This document shows positions 19,804 through 29,697 of a stretch of DNA of 64,000 nucleotides, piece after piece. Position 1 is the first letter of the stretch, and each line of letters begins with the position of its first letter. The notes beneath the pieces are model-generated. The model made no database searches. It was given only the letters and a program-made list of their open reading frames with translations, and had not been told where the DNA came from. The DNA is from Eubacteriales bacterium. GTDB lineage: Bacteria > Bacillota > Clostridia > Oscillospirales > CAG-272. The stretch is taken from positions 6,577 through 70,576 of the forward strand of contig JAZRDN010000030.1 in assembly GCA_045660295.1 (NCBI GenBank), read 5' to 3'. The position numbers and the translations under genes are program-made.

Positions 19804-21804
19804 ATGGGAAAAATTAATGTTTTGTCTTTTGCCGTAGCCAATCTGATCGCGGCGGGCGAGGTTGTTGACCGTCCCGCATCGGCTGTAAAAGAAATGCTTG
19901 AAAATTCAATAGATGCCGGCGCTACCAGAATTACGGTTGAAATTCAGAACGGCGGAGTTTCCTTTATCCGCGTTTGCGATAACGGATGCGGAATAGAGCC
20001 CGATGACCTTCCCATTGCCGTGCGCCGACACGCAACCAGTAAGATAAAGGTGGCAGAGGATCTTGAAAGCGTTGAGACGCTGGGATTCCGCGGCGAGGCT
20101 CTTGCGGCTATCGCCTCGGTCTCAGATATGCGCATTATTTCCAAAACTGCCGATGCCGAATACGGCGCAATGCTTGAGGTAAAGGCGGGAAATATTATCG
20201 CGCTTACCGAGCGTGCTTGCGCCACCGGAACTACAATTATCGTTGAAAATCTGTTCGCCAATGTTCCCGCAAGAAGAAAATTTCTCAAGCGAGACGTTAC
20301 CGAGGCGGCGGCGGTCAGTGTGTGGGTGGAAAAAATCGCCCTCTCTCAACCGTCTATCGCTATAAAGCTTATCGTTGACGGTTCTGTAAAATTTGAGACC
20401 GCAGGTGACGGCGAGCTGAAAAGCGCTATATATTCGATATACGGGCGCGATTTCGCGAGCAAGCTGATTCATGTTTGCACGGAAATCGAGGGCGTTGAAG
20501 TCAAGGGGTATATAGGTCGATCAGATAATTTTAAATCCAACCGTAACTTCCAGAATTTCTTTATAAATAAGCGCTTTATTAAGAGTAAGACAGCTACGGC
20601 TGCACTTGAGCAAGCGTATAGCTCTTATATCCCAAGTGAAAGATTTCCATGCTGTGTGCTCGATATAGGCGTAAGTCCTCGTTCAGTAGACGTTAACGTT
20701 CACCCCGCCAAGCTGGAGGTTAAATTTTCCAACGAAAAGCCAATCTTTGATGCAGTATACTATACTGTAAAGAACGCGCTTGAGGACGATATCACAAAGC
20801 CTGCCCTTGAATTTGAGCGCAAAAAGCCGCAATCGGAATTTAAAAATCGCTCAAATGCTTTTGTGGCAGTAGAGGATGAGCGCAGAACATTTGAGAATAT
20901 AAAAATATCGTTTTCGGATGCTCCTAACGTACAGACATCGGCTCGGGATCTTGATACGCCTATTGTCACAGTTCCCCCGCTTCAATCTCCGTATCAAACG
21001 GCACGCAACGATAATGTTCCGCAAAAGGTTCAGGTAACACCTGCGCACAATGAGAAAACACCGCATCCCGAAGAAGCGCCCACATCGGCGGTAAAACACG
21101 AGTCAAAAGCCGAAAATACATTGTCAAATGCCGCAAATGTAGCACAGAGCAGTGAAAAAACGGCAAATACACAGCCAATACCTAAAGAAGCCCAAGAGCC
21201 TACTGTTGCTCGCAGAGTAAGCAAGGTTGATTATAAACTGCTTGGCGAGGCATTTAACTCATATCTCTTTGTTGAGTACGGAGACAAAGTGTTGGTCATA
21301 GACAAACACGCCGCGCATGAACGTATCATATTTGAGGATCTTCGCGCCAAGCTTGCGGCGACCGAAACATATTCCCAGCTTATAATGATTCCCGTAGAGG
21401 TAATGCTTACGTCTGATGAGATACAAGCGCTTGAGAGCTATCGCGAGGAAATAGAAAAGATTGGATTCGCGCTCGAATTCAAGAAGCATTCCGTGCTTGT
21501 GAGCGCGCTTCCAAACAATATATCTGTCAACGCCATTGACGAGATGATAATAACCTTTGCCGACAGAATAATAAACGAAACGGGAAGCGTGGAAATTTCA
21601 AAAAATATAATTTTTGAAAGAGCGCTTTATCAGGCATCGTGCAAGGCGGCAATAAAGGCGGGCAGAGAATATCCCAAGGAGCATATCGAGTGGCTTGTAG
21701 ACAAGCTTATGCAATTGCAAGATATAACCTTTTGTCCTCATGGAAGACCCATTGCAATCGAGATAAGCAAAAATCATCTCGACCATCAATTTGAAAGAAA
21801 ATAA
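19804..21804 (+). CDS. mutL: DNA mismatch repair endonuclease MutL
   Basis: GHKL ATPase motifs (EMLENSIDAG, GFRGEAL) are present. The C-terminal endonuclease motif DKHAAHERIIFE is also present. Confidence 0.95.
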   Translation: MGKINVLSFAVANLIAAGEVVDRPASAVKEMLENSIDAGATRITVEIQNGGVSFIRVCDNGCGIEPDDLPIAVRRHATSKIKVAEDLESVETLGFRGEALAAIASVSDMRIISKTADAEYGAMLEVKAGNIIALTERACATGTTIIVENLFANVPARRKFLKRDVTEAAAVSVWVEKIALSQPSIAIKLIVDGSVKFETAGDGELKSAIYSIYGRDFASKLIHVCTEIEGVEVKGYIGRSDNFKSNRNFQNFFINKRFIKSKTATAALEQAYSSYIPSERFPCCVLDIGVSPRSVDVNVHPAKLEVKFSNEKPIFDAVYYTVKNALEDDITKPALEFERKKPQSEFKNRSNAFVAVEDERRTFENIKISFSDAPNVQTSARDLDTPIVTVPPLQSPYQTARNDNVPQKVQVTPAHNEKTPHPEEAPTSAVKHESKAENTLSNAANVAQSSEKTANTQPIPKEAQEPTVARRVSKVDYKLLGEAFNSYLFVEYGDKVLVIDKHAAHERIIFEDLRAKLAATETYSQLIMIPVEVMLTSDEIQALESYREEIEKIGFALEFKKHSVLVSALPNNISVNAIDEMIITFADRIINETGSVEISKNIIFERALYQASCKAAIKAGREYPKEHIEWLVDKLMQLQDITFCPHGRPIAIEISKNHLDHQFERK

Positions 21805-21825
21805 TAAGTTCAGGAGAAACTAAAA

Positions 21826-22962
21826 TTGTTTGAAATTAAAACCAAAGACGGCCGCGCTCGCCGCGGCGTGCTTCATACCGTACACGGAGATATACAGACT
21901 CCGGTTTTCATGAACGTCGGTACGTGCGCGGCGATAAAGGGCGGCGTTACCACCACAGAGCTTGTTGACTTGAAATGCCAGGTCGAGCTTTCCAACACAT
22001 ACCATCTTCACATTCGCCCCGGCGATAAGTTGATTCACGAAATGGGCGGACTTCATAAGTTTATGAACTGGAAACGTCCTATTCTTACCGATAGCGGCGG
22101 ATTTCAGGTGTTTTCGCTTTCCTCACTTCGAAAAATAACAGAGGAAGGTGTTCTCTTTGCGTCTCACGTTGACGGAAAGAGAATATTCATGGGACCCGAG
22201 GAAAGTATGCAGATACAGTCAAACCTTGCGTCAACCATTGCTATGGCTTTTGACGAATGCACCGAAAACCCTGCTCCTTACGATTACGTAAAAAAGTCTT
22301 GCGAGAGAACCACAAGATGGCTTGTCAGATGTAAGGCGGAAATGGAACGCCTCAACTCCTTGCCGGAAACAATCAATAAAAATCAACTTCTTTTCGGTAT
22401 AAATCAAGGCGGAACATACGAGGATCTTCGCATAGAACACATGAAAAATATAGCCGAGCTTGACCTGCCCGGCTATGCCATAGGCGGGCTGGCGGTAGGC
22501 GAATCGACTGAGGACATGTACCGTATAATTGATGCGGTTGAGCCCCATATGCCAGAGAATAAGCCCAGATACCTCATGGGTGTCGGAACTCCGTGCAATA
22601 TTCTCGAGGCTGTACACTATGGCGTGGATTTCTTTGATTGCGTAATGCCCAGCCGTAACGCACGTCACGGTAATCTTTTTACATGGAACGGAAAGATCAA
22701 TCTTCTTAACGAGAAATATATGAAGGACGCACGTCCCTTTGACGAGGGGTGCGGTTGTCCCGCGTGCCGTAATTACAGCCGCGCTTACGTAAGACACCTT
22801 ATAAAGGCTAAAGAAGCGGTAGGAATGAAGCTGGCTGTCGCTCACAACCTGTATTTCTACAACGAGCTTACCGAAAAGATAAGAGAAGCGCTGGACGGCG
22901 GATATTTTGAGAGCTTCTATCAGAAATACATCAAGATACTCGGTGAACGTTGCGAGGACTGA
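21826..22962 (+). CDS. tgt: Queuine tRNA-ribosyltransferase
   Basis: LTDSGGFQV and the Zn site CGCPACRNYSRAYVRHL are present. Apparent TTG start. Confidence 0.9.
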   Translation: MFEIKTKDGRARRGVLHTVHGDIQTPVFMNVGTCAAIKGGVTTTELVDLKCQVELSNTYHLHIRPGDKLIHEMGGLHKFMNWKRPILTDSGGFQVFSLSSLRKITEEGVLFASHVDGKRIFMGPEESMQIQSNLASTIAMAFDECTENPAPYDYVKKSCERTTRWLVRCKAEMERLNSLPETINKNQLLFGINQGGTYEDLRIEHMKNIAELDLPGYAIGGLAVGESTEDMYRIIDAVEPHMPENKPRYLMGVGTPCNILEAVHYGVDFFDCVMPSRNARHGNLFTWNGKINLLNEKYMKDARPFDEGCGCPACRNYSRAYVRHLIKAKEAVGMKLAVAHNLYFYNELTEKIREALDGGYFESFYQKYIKILGERCED

Positions 22963-22996
22963 ATGAATTTATCCCGAATGGCATAAAATTATCCCA

Positions 22997-23050
22997 GGCA
23001 AGAGAGAATAATTCGAACCAGCCCTGAAGCTTCAATTATTCTCTCTTGCC
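22997..23050. repeat. Perfect 17-bp inverted repeat with 20-nt spacer
   Basis: GGCAAGAGAGAATAATT (22997-23013) pairs with AATTATTCTCTCTTGCC (23034-23050). It lies between the tgt stop and the tldD RBS and is not followed by a T-tract. Confidence 0.85.
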
Positions 23051-23074
23051 TAATGAAGTCAAAGGAGAACTTGT

Positions 23075-24454
23075 ATGATAGACAGAAGAATAGCCGGTGA
23101 GGTGCTTGCGAAGGCAGTGTCCGGCGGCGCCGATTTTGCCGAAATATACTGCGAGCTGACAAGGAACAACAGTATAAGCCTCATTGACGGAAAAATAGAA
23201 AAAATAAACGATAACGTTGTAAGCGGTGTTGGAATCCGTGCGTTTTACGGAACGCAGACGGTTTACGCTTCTACGTGCGACGTGAGCCGTGAGGGGCTTC
23301 TCGCATGTGCCGCAAAGGTCGCCGACGTTATTTCGCTTGATAAAAAGATTGCGTCTGTAAATCTTACCGAGCGAATTTTCCAAAACATTCACCCCGTAGT
23401 TATCGAGCCTGTTGGGGCAGACATGGGGCGAAAAATTGACCTGCTTCGCGCCGGTTGTGATGCGGCGGAAAAGCATGATAAGCTTATTGAACAGGCGCAG
23501 GGAACTCTTGCTTGCGTTGACCATACTATATGGATCGCTAACACCGAGGGGCTTTTCACATCCGATAGGCATATACGAACCAGAATGTACGTTACCGCTA
23601 TTGCCGCGCAAAATGGCGAAAAGCAAACAGGAATGTGCGGTCCCGGCGGAGGAATGGGGCTTGAAATATTCGATATTTATAAGCCGGAGGATATTGGCGC
23701 CGAGGCGGCACGTCACGCGCTTGTAAATCTTCGCGCCGACTATTGTCCCGCGGGAAAAATGACCGTTGCTATCGAAAACGGCTTCGGCGGTGTTATTTTT
23801 CACGAGGCATGCGGCCACTCGCTTGAGGCAACGTGCGTTGGCATTGGAACATCCAAAATGTGCGGAAAGCTGGGGCAGAAGATAGCCAACGAAAAGATAA
23901 CGGCAATTGATGACGGAACTATCCCCGGCGCATGGGGGTCTACCAATATCGACGACGAGGGAACGCCCACAAAGAGAAACGTACTCATTGAAAACGGCAT
24001 ACTCAAAAATTATATGATAGACCGTCCCGGCTCGCGCAGAATGGGATTGCCCGTTACCGGTAACGGACGCCGACAGAGCTATCTTTTTGAGCCTACGTCA
24101 AGAATGACAAACACTTTTATTGATAACGGTCCCGATAAAAACGAGGATATCATAAAGTCTATTGAATACGGCATTTACGCTAAGAAAATGGGCGGCGGTT
24201 CTGTAAATCCCCTTACTAACGATTTCAATTTCGCGGTAAGTGAGGGATATATTGTTAGAAACGGCGAAATATGCGAGCCTGTGCGCGGCGCTTCTCTTAT
24301 AGGCAACGGCGCTGAAATACTCAATCTTATCGACATGGTAGGTCAGAATCTTGAAAGAGGTCAGGGAATGTGCGGATCTGTCAGCGGATCTGTTCCCACC
24401 GATGTCGGTCAGCCTCTTATCAGAGTCTCAAATATCACTGTGGGTGGAAGATAA
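23075..24454 (+). CDS. tldD: Metalloprotease TldD
   Basis: 459 aa with the metal-binding motif FHEACGHSLE and a C-terminal GxC...GQP region typical of TldD. Confidence 0.85.
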   Translation: MIDRRIAGEVLAKAVSGGADFAEIYCELTRNNSISLIDGKIEKINDNVVSGVGIRAFYGTQTVYASTCDVSREGLLACAAKVADVISLDKKIASVNLTERIFQNIHPVVIEPVGADMGRKIDLLRAGCDAAEKHDKLIEQAQGTLACVDHTIWIANTEGLFTSDRHIRTRMYVTAIAAQNGEKQTGMCGPGGGMGLEIFDIYKPEDIGAEAARHALVNLRADYCPAGKMTVAIENGFGGVIFHEACGHSLEATCVGIGTSKMCGKLGQKIANEKITAIDDGTIPGAWGSTNIDDEGTPTKRNVLIENGILKNYMIDRPGSRRMGLPVTGNGRRQSYLFEPTSRMTNTFIDNGPDKNEDIIKSIEYGIYAKKMGGGSVNPLTNDFNFAVSEGYIVRNGEICEPVRGASLIGNGAEILNLIDMVGQNLERGQGMCGSVSGSVPTDVGQPLIRVSNITVGGR

Positions 24455-24466
24455 GGAGGAGTAAAT

Positions 24467-25804
24467 ATGAATTTTTCTGAGATAAAACAAATTCTTTCCG
24501 AGGCTGCAAAAGCCGCTGGAATAAGCGAATATGACGTTTATTATTCGAAAGCCTCCGAAACCTCTACCGAAGCCTTGAAAAACGAGATAAGCGGATTTTC
24601 AAGCAGTGATTCTATCGGTATAGGATTCAGGTGCATCGTAGACGGAAAATTCGGGCAGGCTTCGTGTGAATATATAACAAAGGGTGAGCTTGAAGGGCTG
24701 GTTTTAAGAGCCGCGGAAAATGCTAAGTATATTGAATCTGATGATGAAGCTATCATCTTCAAAGGCTCTAAGCATTATACTGCCGTACCGTGCGAGGATT
24801 TTAAGACACCGTCGGCAGGCGAGCTTAAAAATATCGCCCTTGAAATTCAGGACAAAACCTATAAAGAGAACACACTGGTCGTCGACGGAACTCAGTGTGG
24901 CGCAGGTGCCGGAACATCTGAAGTCTATATGTTCAACTCTTACGGACTCGAGCTTCACAAATCGGCCGGATACGTCAATTACTATGCATATCCCGTTGTG
25001 TCAAACGGCGAGGAGACAGAAGATAGCGGAGAGTCAAAAATCGCAAAGAAATTCGACAAAATAGACGAAACTGTAAAAAAAGCGGTTGAAAAAGCCACCG
25101 CAAAGCTTGGCGCGGACAGTGTTCCAAGCGGAAGATATAACATCGTTTTAAGTGGTAAAAAATTCGCCACCTTTTTATCGGAATTTGGCGATTGCTTCTC
25201 GGCAAAGCAGGTAAAGCTCGGGCTTTCCATGCTTGCGGGCAAGCTTGATACCAAGGTTGCCGCCGATATTGTAACTATCACCGACGATCCGTTCTCGGAT
25301 GAGCTTTGCGGAAAGAACGCTTTCGACGGTGAGGGGGTAGCGACCTACAAAAAGAACGTTATTGAAAACGGAATTCTTAAGACCTATTTTTATGACCTTG
25401 CAATGGCTAAGCACTTTGGGGCAGAACCGACAGGTAATGCCGCGAGAAATTATGCCGCTCCTGTTTCTATCGCTCCGTATTTCCTATCTGTAAATAAGGG
25501 AGATAAGAGCTTTGACGAGCTTTTGGCAGAAGCCGAAAACGGCATTTACGTCACCGAGCTTAAGAGCTTTTCTGCCGCTAATGCAGTTACGGGAGACTTT
25601 TCAATCGAAAGTGGCGGATTTATAATTGAGAATGGCAAGCTGGGTAAGTTTGTAAAGTCGTTCACTATTGCGGGGAACTTCTTCGAGCTTTTGAAAAATA
25701 TTGAAGCACTTTCGGATGATCTTCAAGTAAGACCCAGCGGACTTTTCCGCGGATACGCCGCGCCCGACGCGCTTGTAAAAAATATCAGCGTAGCAGGCAA
25801 ATAG
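24467..25804 (+). CDS. pmbA: TldE/PmbA partner protein
   Basis: This 445-aa TldD paralog lacks the HExxxH site and lies immediately downstream of tldD. Confidence 0.8.
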   Translation: MNFSEIKQILSEAAKAAGISEYDVYYSKASETSTEALKNEISGFSSSDSIGIGFRCIVDGKFGQASCEYITKGELEGLVLRAAENAKYIESDDEAIIFKGSKHYTAVPCEDFKTPSAGELKNIALEIQDKTYKENTLVVDGTQCGAGAGTSEVYMFNSYGLELHKSAGYVNYYAYPVVSNGEETEDSGESKIAKKFDKIDETVKKAVEKATAKLGADSVPSGRYNIVLSGKKFATFLSEFGDCFSAKQVKLGLSMLAGKLDTKVAADIVTITDDPFSDELCGKNAFDGEGVATYKKNVIENGILKTYFYDLAMAKHFGAEPTGNAARNYAAPVSIAPYFLSVNKGDKSFDELLAEAENGIYVTELKSFSAANAVTGDFSIESGGFIIENGKLGKFVKSFTIAGNFFELLKNIEALSDDLQVRPSGLFRGYAAPDALVKNISVAGK

Positions 25805-25869
25805 GTATTGAAATTATCGCAAATATGTGATATACTATAATATCATGACTGTCACAAGGAGGGAATAAA

Positions 25870-26505
25870 GTGAATATTTCGGTTAAAGATATGCTTGTCT
25901 CCTTTGCGGCAGGGCTTGTGATTTTTTCACTGTTAATGGTCGTGATCTGTATGGGAATTTTTAATTCCGAGATAAATGTGGCAAAATTCGGTTTACCTCA
26001 AATCGACACAGATGATACTATTGCACTTCATAAGTCAGTGGTTTTCACAATTCCTCAAAAAAGTGGAGACGCGCTTGAGTTTTCGGTTCTCGCAATGCTC
26101 GACTCAGACAAGAACGAGATATATCTTACACCAATATACGGCGATTTTCTTATGAATTACAGAGATTCGCTGTCCTATGTCTCAAGTGTTTACGACAAAG
26201 TCGGGATTGCTATGTTGCCGGAGCTTGTAAAAGCCTTTAGCGGACTTTTGCTTGAAGAAAACGACGTCGTTGCTTTTCATAACGTGATAAATTATGCAGA
26301 GTTCAAAACCGAGCTTTTGAATTATTTCACGGAAAACAACGGTGAATTTTCAGAAATATTTGAGTGTGATAAAAATGTTTCCGATTTCAAGGTAACCGAT
26401 TTTCCGCTTGTTACCGTCGAAAGTCGCACGGATGACACGCACGTTATTATAAAAACTATAGATACCGAAAAATCGGTAGAGAAATTCAAATCTATTTTAG
26501 GTTAA
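25870..26505 (+). CDS. Membrane-anchored hypothetical protein
   Basis: GTG start follows RBS AGGAGGG. There is one N-terminal TM helix (LVSFAAGLVIFSLLMVVICMGIF) and no motif I recognise. Confidence 0.5.
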   Translation: MNISVKDMLVSFAAGLVIFSLLMVVICMGIFNSEINVAKFGLPQIDTDDTIALHKSVVFTIPQKSGDALEFSVLAMLDSDKNEIYLTPIYGDFLMNYRDSLSYVSSVYDKVGIAMLPELVKAFSGLLLEENDVVAFHNVINYAEFKTELLNYFTENNGEFSEIFECDKNVSDFKVTDFPLVTVESRTDDTHVIIKTIDTEKSVEKFKSILG

Positions 26506-26538
26506 AATAAATTCATATAAAACTTTAGGAGAAAAGAA

Positions 26539-27936
26539 ATGAACAATTCAGAAAAAACAATGGACAAAATTGTTGCGTTGTGCAAAAACCGCGGATTTAT
26601 ATACCCCGGTTCCGAGATTTACGGCGGTCTTGCTAACTCGTGGGACTACGGACCTCTTGGCGTTGAGTTCAAGAACAACGTAAAAAAAGCATGGTGGAAA
26701 AAATTTGTACAGGAGAGCAAGTATAACGTAGGTCTTGATAGCGCCATTATCATGAACCCTCAGACTTGGGTTGCTTCGGGTCACCTTGGCGGCTTCTCCG
26801 ACCCCCTTATGGACTGCAAGGTCTGCCGTAGCCGTCACAGAGCCGACAAGCTCATCGAGGAGTACGCTTTTGAGAACAAGCTCGACGTAAATCCCGCAGG
26901 CTGGTCCGACGAGGAAATGAGCGCGTATATTAAGGAAAACCACATAGTTTGTCCCGATTGCGGAAGCGGCGATTTCACCGACATCCGTAAGTTCAACCTC
27001 ATGTTCAAGACATTTATCGGTGTTACAGAGGCTTCTACAAACACAGTTTACCTTCGTCCCGAGACCGCTCAGGGTATCTTCGTAAACTTCAAGAACGTTG
27101 CAAGAACAACAAGAAGAAAGATGCCTTTCGGTGTTGCTCAGATCGGTAAATCCTTCAGAAACGAGATCACTCCCGGTAACTTCGTGTTCAGAACACGTGA
27201 GTTTGAGCAGATGGAGTTGGAGTTCTTCTGCAAGCCCGGAACAGACCTTGAGTGGTTCCAGTATTGGAGATCCTACTGCGAGAACTGGCTCTACAATCTC
27301 GGCATCAGAAAAGAAAATCTTCGTCTCCGTGACCACTCTCCCGAGGAGCTTTGCTTCTATTCCAAGGGTACTACCGATATCGAATTCCTGTTCCCGTTCG
27401 GTTGGGGCGAGCTTTGGGGTATCGCGGACAGAACAGACTACGACCTTACCCAGCACCAGAATACCAGCGGCGAGTCTATGGAGTTCTTTGACGCTGAAAC
27501 CAATGAAAAGTATATTCCTTACGTTGTCGAGCCTTCTCTCGGTGCTGACCGTGTAGCTCTTGCATTCCTTTGCGATGCTTACGACGAGGAAGTCGTTGAC
27601 GCTGAAAAGAACGATACACGTGTTGTTCTCAGACTTCACCCCGCGCTTGCTCCCGTTAAGGCGGCTGTGCTTCCTCTTTCGAAGAAGCTCTCCGACAAAG
27701 CAGGCGAGATCTACGATGAGCTTGCAAAGTATTTCACAGTTGACTTTGATGAGTCTGGATCTATCGGTAAGAGATACCGCAGACAGGACGAGATCGGAAC
27801 TCCTCTTTGTATTACATACGATTTCGAGTCCGAGACCGATAACTGCGTAACCGTACGTGACCGTGACTCCATGGAGCAGGTTCGTATCCCGATTTCCGAG
27901 CTTAAGAGCTACATCGAAAAGACTCTTGAATTCTAA
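26539..27936 (+). CDS. glyQS: Glycine--tRNA ligase (alpha2 type)
   Basis: The N-terminus [23 protein letters not shown] and the class II motif [25 protein letters not shown] are present. Confidence 0.95.
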   Translation: MNNSEKTMDKIVALCKNRGFIYPGSEIYGGLANSWDYGPLGVEFKNNVKKAWWKKFVQESKYNVGLDSAIIMNPQTWVASGHLGGFSDPLMDCKVCRSRHRADKLIEEYAFENKLDVNPAGWSDEEMSAYIKENHIVCPDCGSGDFTDIRKFNLMFKTFIGVTEASTNTVYLRPETAQGIFVNFKNVARTTRRKMPFGVAQIGKSFRNEITPGNFVFRTREFEQMELEFFCKPGTDLEWFQYWRSYCENWLYNLGIRKENLRLRDHSPEELCFYSKGTTDIEFLFPFGWGELWGIADRTDYDLTQHQNTSGESMEFFDAETNEKYIPYVVEPSLGADRVALAFLCDAYDEEVVDAEKNDTRVVLRLHPALAPVKAAVLPLSKKLSDKAGEIYDELAKYFTVDFDESGSIGKRYRRQDEIGTPLCITYDFESETDNCVTVRDRDSMEQVRIPISELKSYIEKTLEF

Positions 27937-27951
27937 TTAAAGATTAAACTT

Positions 27952-27978
27952 AAACTCCCACAGAAAATGTGGGAGTTT
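27952..27978 (+). terminator. Terminator hairpin after glyQS
   Basis: AAACTCCCAC-AGAAAAT-GTGGGAGTTT, with only a short T-tract. Confidence 0.6.
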
Positions 27979-27984
27979 CACAAG

Positions 27985-28018
27985 AAAAGCATCAAACTCA
28001 TCGAGCTTGATGCTTTTT
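27985..28018. terminator. Second hairpin, probably the terminator of the convergent aminotransferase operon
   Basis: AAGCATCAA-11 nt-TTGATGCTT is flanked by AAAA on one side and TTTTT on the other. Confidence 0.55.
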
Positions 28019-28022
28019 AGTT

Positions 28023-29210
28023 TTATTTCACTTTTCCTTTTTTAATATCAGTGACAAAAGAATCAATTCTTTCAAGTGCCTGTGTAATGTGCTTTACGGA
28101 GTAAGCGTAAGAAATTCTCGCAAAGCCCTCTCCGCTGTCACCAAACGCCTCACCGGGAACGATAGCGCAGCCGTAATCGTATAACAGCTTCTCGCAGAAC
28201 GTGTTGCTTGACATTCCGAAATTGCCGATGTTGGGGAATATGTAGAACGCACCTTTAGGCTCAAAGGACTCTATTCCGATGTTCTTCAAGCCGTCGTAGA
28301 TGTACTTTCTGCGTCGGTCGTATTCGTCAACCATCATTTGAATATCACCGTCACCGTTGCGGAGCGCTTCAACCGCGGCAAATTGCGATGTGGTCGGCGC
28401 GCACATGATAGCGTACTGGTGAATCTTAAGCATTTGCTTGAGTATCGGCGCGGGAGCGCAAAGGAAGCCCATTCGCCAGCCTGTCATAGCGTACGCCTTG
28501 GAAAAACCGTTCACTATGATAGTGTGCTCCTGCATGTCAGGAAGCGACGCGATAGAAACGTGCTTAAGCCCTCCATAAGTCATTTCCGCATATATCTCGT
28601 CAGACAAGATCATTATATTTGTTTCGCGGATTATAGAAGCGATATCCTCAAGCTCTTCCTTGGTCATAATTGAACCCGTGGGGTTGTTGGGAAAGGGAAG
28701 CACCAGCATCTTTGTTCTGGGGGTGATTGCCGCCTTAAGCTTCTCTGGGGTAAGCTTGAACTCATCCTTGAACTCGGTAGCGATAATTACGGGTGTGCCG
28801 CCCGCAAGTCTTACTATAGGTTCATAGCATACGAATGAGGGTGTGGGAATGATAACCTCGTCCCCTGGCTCAACTATCGCTCTGATAGCGAGGTCAATTG
28901 CCTCAGAGCCGCCAACCGTTACAAAGGTTTCTGTAAGCGCCTCGTACTTAAGCCCAAAACGGCGAAGCATATATCTTGATATTTCTTCACGGAGCTCTGT
29001 CGTTCCCGCATTAGAGGTATAGTATGTCTTGCCTTGCTCAAGGCTTTCAATACCTGCTTCACGCACGTGCCACGGCGTGGGGAAGTCGGGCTGACCCACA
29101 GTGAGAGCCACAACGTCTTTCATGTCGCCGAGCAAATCAAAAAATTTTCTTATACCCGACGGCTTGAGATCAACAACTGTTTTTGATAAAATTTTACTGT
29201 AATCCAACAT
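28023..29210 (-). CDS. Class I/II pyridoxal-phosphate aminotransferase (AlaT/AspC-like)
   Basis: PLP-lysine motif SFSKAYAMTGWRMG and NNPTG are present. The start overlaps the upstream regulator's stop as ATGA. Confidence 0.85.
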   Translation of the reverse strand: MLDYSKILSKTVVDLKPSGIRKFFDLLGDMKDVVALTVGQPDFPTPWHVREAGIESLEQGKTYYTSNAGTTELREEISRYMLRRFGLKYEALTETFVTVGGSEAIDLAIRAIVEPGDEVIIPTPSFVCYEPIVRLAGGTPVIIATEFKDEFKLTPEKLKAAITPRTKMLVLPFPNNPTGSIMTKEELEDIASIIRETNIMILSDEIYAEMTYGGLKHVSIASLPDMQEHTIIVNGFSKAYAMTGWRMGFLCAPAPILKQMLKIHQYAIMCAPTTSQFAAVEALRNGDGDIQMMVDEYDRRRKYIYDGLKNIGIESFEPKGAFYIFPNIGNFGMSSNTFCEKLLYDYGCAIVPGEAFGDSGEGFARISYAYSVKHITQALERIDSFVTDIKKGKVK

Positions 29211-29686
29211 CAGAATTCGGTTCCTCTCAAATCTTCCTCAATGCCGCCGTAAACAACGCTCTTGTCCTTGTACTTGCGGAGCACGAAATGAGTAGCGGTA
29301 GAAACTACCGAGTCAATGGGCGCCAACTTCTGCGCTACGAAATACGCTACCTCTTTCATGGTCCTGCCCTCGATAAATACCGCAAGGTCGTATGCGCCCG
29401 ACATAAGGTAAAGACTCTTTACTTCGTCATAGTTGTATATCTTTTCCGCAACCTTGTCAAAGCCTCTGTCCTTCTGGGGGGTAAGCTTGACCTCAATAAG
29501 AGCGGTAACGTACTCGCGGTCGGTCTTATCCCAGTCAATAATAGTCTTATAGCCGAGAATTACGCCGTCCTTTTCGTATTTTTCAATAGATTTCTTTATG
29601 TCGCCTTCCTCTTTGTCAAGCATAACCGCAAGCTGCGTGGCTGTGAGAGTAGCGTCGTCTTCAAGTAGATTAAGTATCTTGTCCAT
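29210..29686 (-). CDS. Lrp/AsnC family transcriptional regulator
   Basis: It has an N-terminal HTH and a C-terminal AsnC-type ligand domain. The ATG at 29686 (MDKILNLLEDD) follows RBS GAGGGG. The track start at 29701 was rejected. Confidence 0.8.
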   Translation of the reverse strand: MDKILNLLEDDATLTATQLAVMLDKEEGDIKKSIEKYEKDGVILGYKTIIDWDKTDREYVTALIEVKLTPQKDRGFDKVAEKIYNYDEVKSLYLMSGAYDLAVFIEGRTMKEVAYFVAQKLAPIDSVVSTATHFVLRKYKDKSVVYGGIEEDLRGTEF

Positions 29687-29697
29687 AGTAAAACCCC

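Noticed and set aside
23036-23818. A 260-aa minus ORF opposite tldD, and similar antisense ORFs at 1367-2149, 7504-8148 and 55368-56003.
   Set aside because: All lie fully within or across well-supported genes on the other strand and have no independent signals.
26548-27639. A 363-aa minus-strand ORF antisense to glyQS.
   Set aside because: It is a shadow ORF inside a gene with unmistakable class II GlyRS motifs on the + strand. It has no motifs or RBS of its own, and its Leu/Val/Ser-rich composition is typical of antisense frames.
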